The notes beneath the pieces were generated by a model. That model saw only the letters and a list, made by a program, of their open reading frames with translations, was not told the DNA's origin and did no database searches. This document shows, one piece after another, positions 56,364 to 64,000 of a DNA stretch of 64,000 nucleotides; position 1 is the first letter of the stretch, and the number at the start of each line of letters is the position of its first letter. The translations under genes and the position numbers were made by a program. The stretch comes from an uncultured Nitrososphaerales archaeon (GTDB lineage Archaea > Thermoproteota > Nitrososphaeria > Nitrososphaerales > Gagatemarchaeaceae): assembly GCA_963706445.1 (NCBI GenBank), contig OY970160.1:1600001-1664000 (forward strand), given 5' to 3'.

Positions 56364-57626
56364 TTGGTGAGGCTGTACGAGTTTCAGGGGAAGCAGCTGC
56401 TGAAGACAGCCAACATCTCCATCCCCAAAGGCGGAGTTGCAGGTACGCCCGAAGAAGCGAGGAAGGTCGCTGAGGGAATCGGCAAGGCTGTGGTGATCAA
56501 GGCACAGATCTGGAAGACTGGGCGCTTCAAAGCCGGCGGCATCAAGTTCGCCAACACCCCCGATGAGGCTGAGGAGATGGCTCGTGATCTGATTGGCAGT
56601 GAAATCAGCGGAACCAAAGTGAAGCAGGTGCTGGTTGAGGAAAAGTTGGAGATATCAAAGGAATTCTACGCGGGGGTGATTGTCGACAGCTCCAGAGAAG
56701 TACGTGGTCCAGTGGTTATCTTCAGCACTCAGGGGGGCACCGACGTCGAGCAGGTGGCGAAGGAGTCGCCGGGCAAGGTAGGGCGTTTGGGTGTCGACTA
56801 TCTCAAAGGAATCGATTCCAGCGAGGCGGATGGTCTTGTGTCCAGAGCAGAGGTTAACACTCGTGAGAAGGAGCTTCTGAGTTCAATCGTTTCTAGTCTG
56901 TATGGACTTTTCGTCAAATACGAAGCGCGGTCTGCCGAAATCAATCCTCTCGTCCTGACAAAGGATGGAAATGTGTTCGCTGCGGACTGCCGGATAACCG
57001 TCGACGACTCGGCCATATTCCGCCACCCGGAGCTTGGTATCAAAGTGGCGCGAGAGTTCCCAAGGGAACCGACCCCATTGGAGGAGATCGCATATGAGAT
57101 GGAGGTCGGCGATTACAGAGGAAACGCGTTCTTCTCCCAGATGGTTGAGAAGATAGAAGGGCCAGGATATGTCGGATACCATGGTATCGGAGGGGGCGGC
57201 GCGATTCTGGGCGTCGATGCCCTCAACAGAAAGGGGCTGAAGATCGCCAACTATTCCGACTCGAGTGGAGACCCGACTGCATCGAAGGTCTACCGTCTTT
57301 CGAAGGTGATACTGGCGATACCTGGCATTGAGGGTTATCTGCTGGGCGGCTTCATAGCAGCGAATCAAGAACAATGGCACCACGCCCACGGTCTAGTGAA
57401 GGCATTCAGGGAGGAACTTGCTCAGAAGCCGGGCTTCCCTGTGGTTCTCTTGATTTGTGGGAACAAGGAGAAGGAGTCTCACGTCATCCTGAAGGAAGGC
57501 CTGAGAGACCTTCCAATTCGCCTTGAAGTATACGGAAGCGAATATGTGTACAACCCAGACTTCGTAGCAGGAAGAATGAGGGCGCTCGTTGACGAATACA
57601 GGGCTGACAGAGGAGTGCGCCCGTGA
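56364..57626 (+). CDS. Succinyl-CoA synthetase beta-like ATP-grasp subunit (divergent)
   Basis: RLYEFQGK, VIKAQ...GRFKAGG and EINPL; non-canonical C-terminal motifs (GIGGGG, NYSDSSG, ANQEQW). Confidence 0.85.
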   Translation: MVRLYEFQGKQLLKTANISIPKGGVAGTPEEARKVAEGIGKAVVIKAQIWKTGRFKAGGIKFANTPDEAEEMARDLIGSEISGTKVKQVLVEEKLEISKEFYAGVIVDSSREVRGPVVIFSTQGGTDVEQVAKESPGKVGRLGVDYLKGIDSSEADGLVSRAEVNTREKELLSSIVSSLYGLFVKYEARSAEINPLVLTKDGNVFAADCRITVDDSAIFRHPELGIKVAREFPREPTPLEEIAYEMEVGDYRGNAFFSQMVEKIEGPGYVGYHGIGGGGAILGVDALNRKGLKIANYSDSSGDPTASKVYRLSKVILAIPGIEGYLLGGFIAANQEQWHHAHGLVKAFREELAQKPGFPVVLLICGNKEKESHVILKEGLRDLPIRLEVYGSEYVYNPDFVAGRMRALVDEYRADRGVRP

Positions 57627-57934
57627 CCGAGTTCAAGGAAAGAACGATAACCGTGACCATAGACGACAGCGTGTGTGGAGAATGCACGACGAAAGCGTGT
57701 GTGACAGCATGTCGCATCTATGGTCGAGGCATACTGACCCTTAGAGAAGGAAAACCGACGATTTTGCTGACCGCTAGCGAAGCGGCAAGGGCCGGTACTG
57801 AATGTCTGGCGTGCGAACACGAATGCCTTCTAAGGGGGCTGCATGCGCTGAAAATCAATGTCCCCATGCCTGAGCTGGACAAGTTCAAGGCGTCACTGAA
57901 CACCAGAGGGGAGGAAAGACGGGAATACTCATAG
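57623..57934 (+). CDS. Ferredoxin-like Fe-S protein
   Basis: CGECTTKACVTAC and (G)TECLACEHEC; overlaps both neighbours. Confidence 0.8.
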   Translation: MTEFKERTITVTIDDSVCGECTTKACVTACRIYGRGILTLREGKPTILLTASEAARAGTECLACEHECLLRGLHALKINVPMPELDKFKASLNTRGEERREYS

Positions 57935-58821
57935 ACGAGAAGACCAGCGTAATCGTCCAGGGTATCACTGGCAGGTCTGGAGAGGCCTACGCCAGATACA
58001 TGAAGGAATACGGAACAAACGTCGTGGGAGGAATATCTCCAGGACGTGGCGGCGCCATCGTCGCGGGCATACCAGTGTATGAATCGGTCAAGGAGGCAGT
58101 CGAGAAGCATGGACCGATCGACGCAGCAGTCACCTTCGTTCCGGCTCCGGCGCTGAAGGATGCGGTGCTGGAGGACATCGAAGCTGGAATCAAGCTAATA
58201 GTCTCTCCAGTCGAAAGGGTCCCTCTCCACGACATAATGGTCATGGTGGCCTCGGCGAAGCGGAAGGGCGTACGAATCATAGGGCCGGGAACCATAGGTG
58301 TCATTACTCCTAGCAAGGCAGTGCTAGGCTGGGTCGGAAGCTCGGCTGAAAGGGCAAAGGAGATCTTCCAACCAGGACCGGTGGGAATATTGTCGAGGAG
58401 CGGGGGCCAATCGGGGACCTTGCCCTGGATCATAAAGAACGCGGGTCACGGTTGCAGCACTCTAGTCCACGAGGGGACGGAGCCAATCATAGGCACGTCG
58501 TTCGGTGACCTGCTGCCTTTCTTCGAGGAAGACGAGCAGACGAAGGTTGTCGCGATGTTTGGGGAGCTCGGAGGAACCACGGAAGAAGAGGCGGCCATGG
58601 AGATTGAGAAGGGGCACTTCACTAAGCCCTTGGTCGCGTACATCGCTGGTGCCTGGGCGCCTGAAGGCATGAGATTCTCCCACGCTAGCAGTATTATCGA
58701 ACATGGCAAAGGGTCTGCGAAGAGCAAGATAGACGCCCTTAGGAACGCCGGCGCTCATGTGGTTGAGAAACCGGCCGAAATCCCCACCATGATTTCAGAG
58801 ATCCTAGTGAAGACGCAATAG
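57919..58821 (+). CDS. Succinyl-CoA synthetase alpha-like subunit
   Basis: The conserved N-terminus GILIDEKTSVIVQGITG lies upstream of the track start and begins at ACG 57919 after GGGGAGG. IIGPGTIG, SRSGG and phospho-His FSHAS are present. Confidence 0.88.
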   Translation, partial: TGILIDEKTSVIVQGITGRSGEAYARYMKEYGTNVVGGISPGRGGAIVAGIPVYESVKEAVEKHGPIDAAVTFVPAPALKDAVLEDIEAGIKLIVSPVERVPLHDIMVMVASAKRKGVRIIGPGTIGVITPSKAVLGWVGSSAERAKEIFQPGPVGILSRSGGQSGTLPWIIKNAGHGCSTLVHEGTEPIIGTSFGDLLPFFEEDEQTKVVAMFGELGGTTEEEAAMEIEKGHFTKPLVAYIAGAWAPEGMRFSHASSIIEHGKGSAKSKIDALRNAGAHVVEKPAEIPTMISEILVKTQ

Positions 58822-58839
58822 TGTCCCAGGTAGGTGCGC

Positions 58840-59400
58840 CTACTGCGCTGGCATTCTGGCTGGACTATTGATAAGCCCAAAGCCCCAATCTATGGCCTGC
58901 GAGTTCTTCTCAACTGTCCTCTTGGGGACTGTTTCGCTCATTGCTTTGACGAGGGCGTCCTTGGTGCATATCCCGCTGAGTTGAACGAAGGCTCCCAGCA
59001 TGATCATATTCGCAAGCATTGGTTCCTGAAGCTCCTCGGAGGCTATTTTCGTTGCTGGGATCCCGTAGGTCGCAACCTTGTTTTGGTCCGGTTTCATCGT
59101 CACCATCGAGGAGTCGATAATCAGGGTACCGTTGCTTCGCAGTTTGGTTACAAACTGGTCGGCAGCCTGCTGAGACATGGCGACGAGATAATCCTCCTGT
59201 AAGATTTCGGGGTAGTCGATCTTGGAGTCGGAGACGACCAGGTCGCAATGGCAGGAGCCCCCTCTGGACTCGGGCCCGTATGATTGGGTCAGGGAAGCGT
59301 TCTTCCTGTCATGAAGAACGATGGCCTTGCCCAATACGGTCCCCGCAAGGATGACACCTTGTCCGCCGAAGCCAGCGAACCTCACCTCAATCCTTTGCAA
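58840..59400 (-). CDS. korC: 2-oxoacid:ferredoxin oxidoreductase gamma subunit
   Basis: FAGFGGQGV, SYGPESRGG and ANMIMLG. Confidence 0.9.
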   Translation of the reverse strand: MQRIEVRFAGFGGQGVILAGTVLGKAIVLHDRKNASLTQSYGPESRGGSCHCDLVVSDSKIDYPEILQEDYLVAMSQQAADQFVTKLRSNGTLIIDSSMVTMKPDQNKVATYGIPATKIASEELQEPMLANMIMLGAFVQLSGICTKDALVKAMSETVPKRTVEKNSQAIDWGFGLINSPARMPAQ

Positions 59401-59404
59401 GCCG

Positions 59405-60229
59405 TCACACCCCCGAGCTGTGTCGCGCGGCGAATTCGTGGAGCGTTGCGCTGTAGCCCTTCACATTCCTGTCAACGAGCTTACCAATGACATACTTCCC
59501 CCTCAGGGCCTCCTCAGTCATCCCCTGCGCTCGTTCCTTTGTCACTGAGTTCTTCAGGAACCCCCTCATCATCTCGGCCCCGTCGCCAAGCCGGTTCCTT
59601 CTGCCGAAGTAGGTCGGACACTGGGAGACGACCTCAACGTAGGCGAAGGCCTGCTTCTGGATTGCCTCTTTGATCGAGTTTACAATCTGGCGGTGGTGTG
59701 CGGAGGTCCACCTTGCTACATACCCCGCCCCACATGCCTCGACAAGTCTGCAGAGGTCGAATGGAGGCTCCATAGAACCCTCGACTGATGTCATTGTTAT
59801 GCCGCCCAATGGTGTGGTTGGAGAGTACTGTCCCCCCGTCATTCCGTAGTTGAAATTGTTGATGCAGATCGCTGTAAGCTCAACGTTCCGCCTCGCGGTC
59901 TGTATGAGGTGGTTTCCGCCGATTGCAGAGGTCTCGCCGTCGCCCATGTGGCAGATGACAGTCAGCTCGGGATTGGCCAGCTTTATTCCAGTGGCAAAGC
60001 CGAGAGGCCTGCCATGTAGGGTGTGCATAGAGTCTTTGTACCAGTAGGTGCACATCCTGCCGCTGCATCCGCTTCCTCCAACCCAGACAACCTTGTCGTG
60101 GTCAAGGCCTAGCTCGTTGATCGCCTGAACGGTGTAGTACCATACCTGCCCTATCCCGCACCCCGGACACCATAAGTTCGGAGAACCCGGCCTGTCGAGC
60201 CTGAAGTACTCTAGAGCCGGATGTCTCAT
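59405..60229 (-). CDS. korB: 2-oxoacid:ferredoxin oxidoreductase beta subunit
   Basis: WCPGCG, GCSG, HGR, GDG...IGGNH and NNFNYGMTGGQYSPT. Confidence 0.92.
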   Translation of the reverse strand: MRHPALEYFRLDRPGSPNLWCPGCGIGQVWYYTVQAINELGLDHDKVVWVGGSGCSGRMCTYWYKDSMHTLHGRPLGFATGIKLANPELTVICHMGDGETSAIGGNHLIQTARRNVELTAICINNFNYGMTGGQYSPTTPLGGITMTSVEGSMEPPFDLCRLVEACGAGYVARWTSAHHRQIVNSIKEAIQKQAFAYVEVVSQCPTYFGRRNRLGDGAEMMRGFLKNSVTKERAQGMTEEALRGKYVIGKLVDRNVKGYSATLHEFAARHSSGV

Positions 60230-61383
60230 GCTCCCAGCCCCTTCAAAGCGTTAGCAACCTCCAAAGGCGTGTGTGCCTCTACGCCTGGTTTGGAGAGCAG
60301 GCTCACCTTGGCCGCCCCTTCGGCTGCCCTTTGAACCTCCCTCACCACCTTGCCCATGTTCATCTCTGCCACGAGAATTGTCTTGACTCCTTCCGCGATT
60401 TCTTTGATCTTCCTGTCAGGAAACGGCCAGATTGTAATCAGCCTCACATAGCCGACCTTAACCCCCTCGCGCCTTGCATCCTGTACCGCTCTGTGAACCG
60501 ACCTGGCGGGCACTCCATACGAGAGCACAGCGACGTCGGCGTCTTCGAGGTATTCAGTCTCGATTCTAGCGATCTCGTCGGCCTTCTTCTCGACCTTGTT
60601 CCAGAGCCTCGTGACCAGCTGGTGCTGGACTTGCATACTGGTTGACGGCGACCCCGACTCGTTCCTTGCGAAGGATGAGATCGGGAGGGCATATCCATCT
60701 CCGAACGAAGGCATTGCTGGAACGTCCGTGTCGGAAGCAGCCCTGAATGGGACGAACTTATCGGGTGGGACATCAGGTTTCTTCCTGTTCAGAACGTGGA
60801 TCTTCTCCGCTGGTGGAATCTCGACCTTTTCCATCATGTGCCCGACGAGCTCATCTGCGAGGATGAAAGTGGGGACGCGGTACTGCTCCGAGAGGTTGAA
60901 TGCCTCTACGGTCAAGTCGAACATCTCCTGAGGTGAGTCGGGGGCTAGGGCGATAATCGAGTAGTCCGAGTTACTTCCGTATCTTACCTGATAGATGTCG
61001 CCCTGCATGCTCTTGGTGGCGATTCCGGTACCTGGCCCTGCCCTCTGCACGTCGACAATCACGCAAGGAGTTTCAGTCATGGCAGCGTAGCCTATGTTCT
61101 CCTGCATCAGGCTTATCCCGTTTCCCGAGGTCGCAGTCATGGCCTTCTTGCCAGCACAGGAAGCCCCAATCACTATGGCCAGAGAGTCAAGCTCGTCGGC
61201 GCCCTGAACGAAGATCCCTCCAACACCGAAGAGTCGCCTGGAGAGCACCTCCGAAATTTCTGTGGCAGGCGAGATTGGATAGCCAGCGAAGAGGCCGCAC
61301 CCCGCAGCCAAAGCCCCTTCTGCGCAGGCCTCATCTCCGTTGATGAAGTGTAGACCGCTCCTGACTCTTTCTTGCAGCTTCAT
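60226..61383 (-). CDS. korA: 2-oxoacid:ferredoxin oxidoreductase alpha subunit
   Basis: AGYPISP, TATSGNG, VQRAGPGTG and EMNMG. Confidence 0.92.
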   Translation of the reverse strand: MKLQERVRSGLHFINGDEACAEGALAAGCGLFAGYPISPATEISEVLSRRLFGVGGIFVQGADELDSLAIVIGASCAGKKAMTATSGNGISLMQENIGYAAMTETPCVIVDVQRAGPGTGIATKSMQGDIYQVRYGSNSDYSIIALAPDSPQEMFDLTVEAFNLSEQYRVPTFILADELVGHMMEKVEIPPAEKIHVLNRKKPDVPPDKFVPFRAASDTDVPAMPSFGDGYALPISSFARNESGSPSTSMQVQHQLVTRLWNKVEKKADEIARIETEYLEDADVAVLSYGVPARSVHRAVQDARREGVKVGYVRLITIWPFPDRKIKEIAEGVKTILVAEMNMGKVVREVQRAAEGAAKVSLLSKPGVEAHTPLEVANALKGLGA

Positions 61384-61631
61384 CCACTCCTCTTTTCAAC
61401 AGCAATGGCAAAATCCGGACAGAATTCGACGCATGTGTTGCAGCCTGTGCATTTGTCCATGCTCAGGACGATTGCTTCATGAGCGCCTCTCGCATTCAGC
61501 TGCGGCGAACTCGCTAATACTTTGAATGGGCAGAAGTCGATACAAATTCCACAACCTGCGCAGAATTTATCATCGACATAGATAGCGTATTTCGAACCAA
61601 CGTACTGTCTCATGGCGAGCGCCGAAGCCAA
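61380..61631 (-). CDS. korD: 2x[4Fe-4S] ferredoxin (oxidoreductase delta subunit)
   Basis: CAGCGICIDFCP and CTGCNTCVEFCPDFAI. Confidence 0.9.
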   Translation of the reverse strand: MASALAMRQYVGSKYAIYVDDKFCAGCGICIDFCPFKVLASSPQLNARGAHEAIVLSMDKCTGCNTCVEFCPDFAIAVEKRSG

Positions 61632-61743
61632 ATTTGCAGGATGTGCGTTTTAAGACCTGTCACTAACTGGTAAGGGAACGAGAATCAGCCCATCTTGACC
61701 ACTTGAATCTGATAACCTAATCGGTGGCGGCGTTCGGGTTGTT

Positions 61744-62898
61744 TCACCTTAATGCGAAGTTAAGACGGCTTTCATCTCGGTTGCTCTTTAGCTTGGCTAG
61801 ATTACCAAGATTCATTTCGCGAAGTGTTCCCTGAACGGCTTCGACGGTCCTCCGCGCTTGTTCCGAGTTGAGAATTCCCATGTGGCCGATTCTGATCAAC
61901 TTCGTGGAATAGTCCCCCAAGCCCCTTGCCACCTCGATCTTGTACTCTTCCCTTAGCCTCGCCTGCATCTCAGGCGCTTTCCCCTCCTCAACGAGAAAGC
62001 CAGTTAACGTGTTGGGCCTATATCCTTCTTCGGCGATGAACTGCATTCCCGTCTCCCTGATGCCGGTCCGGATTGAATCGGCGAGAGCCTTGTGCCTCTC
62101 CCATCTTCTTTCGACCCCTTCTTCTTTCAATTCGAGAAGTGCCTCTCGCAGAGCCAGAATGATTTGGACGGCAGGCGTCGCAAGGTACTTCCGCGGGTCA
62201 TCCATTATGGGCTTCCATCTCAGAAGATCGAGGTAGTATGACCCGATGGGGCCCACCCTACTTTCGCAGTATTCAAGCAGTTCTTTTGAGATTGCAATCA
62301 ACACTGCGCCTGGCGGCGCGGCAATTGCCTTCTGTGAAGCCGTGAAGACCACATCGGCTCCAAGCCTGTCGAAGTCGAGTTCCTCCCCCGCAAGCCCGCA
62401 CACCGAGTCTACGACGGCGAACACCCCTGCGTTCTTGCACTCCGCGACGAGTTCTCTGATGGGGTTGATTATCGCGCTGCCCGTGTCCACGTGGGTGATG
62501 AAAACAGCTTTGAATTTGTCCTCCCTCAGCTTCCTTCTAAGGTCGTCAGGATTGGCGTGGGTTCCTATGGGGTATTGGAGCGTAGAGACCTTGGCTCCGT
62601 GGGTCTCGTTGATTGTAGCCATCCTCTGCCCGAAGTAGCCAGTGTCGAGCACGATGGTCTTGTCGCCGGGCTGGACTGTGTTGACCACGGAGGCCTCCAT
62701 GGCCAGCGTTCCTGTCCCAGTGAACACGAACTGGCCACCCCCGTTGTTCTTGAAGGCATACCTTGCAAGGTTCAGCATCTCTGAGAACTTCTCCGTGAAC
62801 TTGGGGGATCCGTGCCCCTGCTGGGGTTGGGACATCACCTCCCTCACTCTTTCCGAGAGATTTGTGGGGCCAGGTATCATGAGAAGATTTTCTTCCAA
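61744..62898 (-). CDS. Class V PLP aminotransferase (alanine-glyoxylate / serine-pyruvate type)
   Basis: LLMIPGPT, GTGTLAMEA, HVDTGS, VDSV, SQK and RIGHMG. Confidence 0.92.
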   Translation of the reverse strand: MEENLLMIPGPTNLSERVREVMSQPQQGHGSPKFTEKFSEMLNLARYAFKNNGGGQFVFTGTGTLAMEASVVNTVQPGDKTIVLDTGYFGQRMATINETHGAKVSTLQYPIGTHANPDDLRRKLREDKFKAVFITHVDTGSAIINPIRELVAECKNAGVFAVVDSVCGLAGEELDFDRLGADVVFTASQKAIAAPPGAVLIAISKELLEYCESRVGPIGSYYLDLLRWKPIMDDPRKYLATPAVQIILALREALLELKEEGVERRWERHKALADSIRTGIRETGMQFIAEEGYRPNTLTGFLVEEGKAPEMQARLREEYKIEVARGLGDYSTKLIRIGHMGILNSEQARRTVEAVQGTLREMNLGNLAKLKSNRDESRLNFALR

Positions 62899-62996
62899 TG
62901 AACTTCGAGAGGCGATTCACCTGCCGTCGGAATAAATGCGTTGCGCCTAAAGCGACTGCGTTACTTGAGGGATAACACCTGTCGGGTGCGGTAGAG

Positions 62997-64000
62997 CTAC
63001 TGACTTCTCCCACCGGGAAGGTCTCCCGTTCTGCGCCTTTCAGGCCTTATTACAGACAGGATTATTTTCTGCAAGACATCAGGACCTATGGTACTCCTCC
63101 TCACTCTCCGGGTGAGTCTATTGATGATTTCGGTGTACTCATCGTCCGAGGCAGAGAGACCCATCTTCTCGATCATCGCGTCGACAGACCCGGACCTTCC
63201 TCGCCTTAACCTCCCTTCCGCCCATTCCAATCTGAACTCGCGGCCCATGACGTCAGGACGGATATTGTCCCAGGCGAACCAGATCCCCCGCAGGACACTT
63301 GTTAAGTGGCTGTCGAGTTGGTGTCTGTAGATGTTTGTTCCGACCACAGGTTTGTTCGGATGAACCTTGACTCCTGAGAACCGTTCGACCATCTTGGACG
63401 CCCCTCCGAGTTTGGTTATGTCGATCCCGCATTCCACATCGTATTGCACAGTCGAGCACAGTGGCCAGCTCCTCCAGGGCCGTAATACCAGCGTTGTGGC
63501 CAAGCCCGTTTATCGCGACATCGACAACCTCAGCGCCCGCTTTGATGCCCGCCGTGGCATTTGCCATCGACAGACCGAACTCGTTGTGGCAGTGAAGGGC
63601 GACCTTGGTCTGATGGCTGACATTGTCTCTGACAAGCCTTACGGCAAAATCGAATAGTTCGGGCGTCGCGTTCCCCGTCGGGTCTGCCACATAGACGCGA
63701 TCTATTTTCAGGCCTGACAGTTGCTGAAGTAATTGGACTAGAAGATCAAAGCGGACTCTCAACATGTCGACAAGGAGAAAGCCAACCTTGGCACCCCTCG
63801 AATTCGCGTAGTCGACGCATTCCGTAACTCTTGCCGGGACCTGCTCGCTTGTCAACCAAGGCGTCGTAGGCATCAACGACTGCGACATCCAGAATACAAA
63901 ATCAACTATGTCTACGCCAGCGTCAATGCTCCTGTCTATCTCGTCCCTCCATTCGTTACCCCGGGTGTAGCCCCGGTTAATGCGACCCCAGGGTTAGCTT
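62997..64000 (-). CDS. HMGL-like / LeuA-homocitrate synthase family protein, partial and frameshifted
   Basis: ADPTG.ATP, LHCHNEFGLSMAN and NGLGHNAG...LEE, then (after a +1 shift at about 63455) QYDVECGID...PNKPVVG...H. A further shift lies near 63955; the gene runs off the window. Confidence 0.78.

Overview
Archaeal chromosomal window. Evidence: a tRNA with a canonical bulge-helix-bulge intron, a TrmB regulator, and apparently leaderless genes with TATA-like boxes about 25 nt upstream. The high GC and heterotrophic gene content suggest a non-ammonia-oxidising Nitrososphaerota/TACK lineage (inference). There are three blocks. (1) 1-17.4 kb: lipoate ligase (partial), APC permease, ADP-forming acyl-CoA synthetase, a polyphosphate cluster (CHAD, sixA, ppx and two tandem thymidylate-kinase-like genes that look like a heteromeric family-3 polyphosphate kinase), two phosphoesterases, an ECF transporter with two EcfT paralogs, and a peroxiredoxin. 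(2) About 17.5-54.4 kb: a roughly 37-kb integrative island at tRNA-His. The resident tRNA-His lacks its 3' acceptor strand, and the missing CCAGGGCC reappears in a degenerate att copy at about 54.4 kb. The island carries a different, intact, intron-containing tRNA-His back-to-back with its tyrosine integrase. It also holds small Zn-finger/HNH-like genes, a casposase-like Cas1 C-terminal remnant, an internal tRNA-Gly-like att scar, a metal module and a large catabolic cargo (peptide ABC transporter, ALDH, M20/M24 hydrolases, orphan ParB, an NTase + APC + metallophosphoesterase trio, xanthine-dehydrogenase-family enzyme, adenine deaminase, and an XdhC with an integrase-like tail). (3) 54.6-64 kb: NCS1 permease, an atypical SucC-ferredoxin-SucD operon converging on a 2-oxoacid:ferredoxin oxidoreductase operon, a class V aminotransferase and an HMGL-like synthase. 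Several single-base frameshifts (46.4-49.3, 55.8 and 63.5-64 kb) may be sequencing errors.
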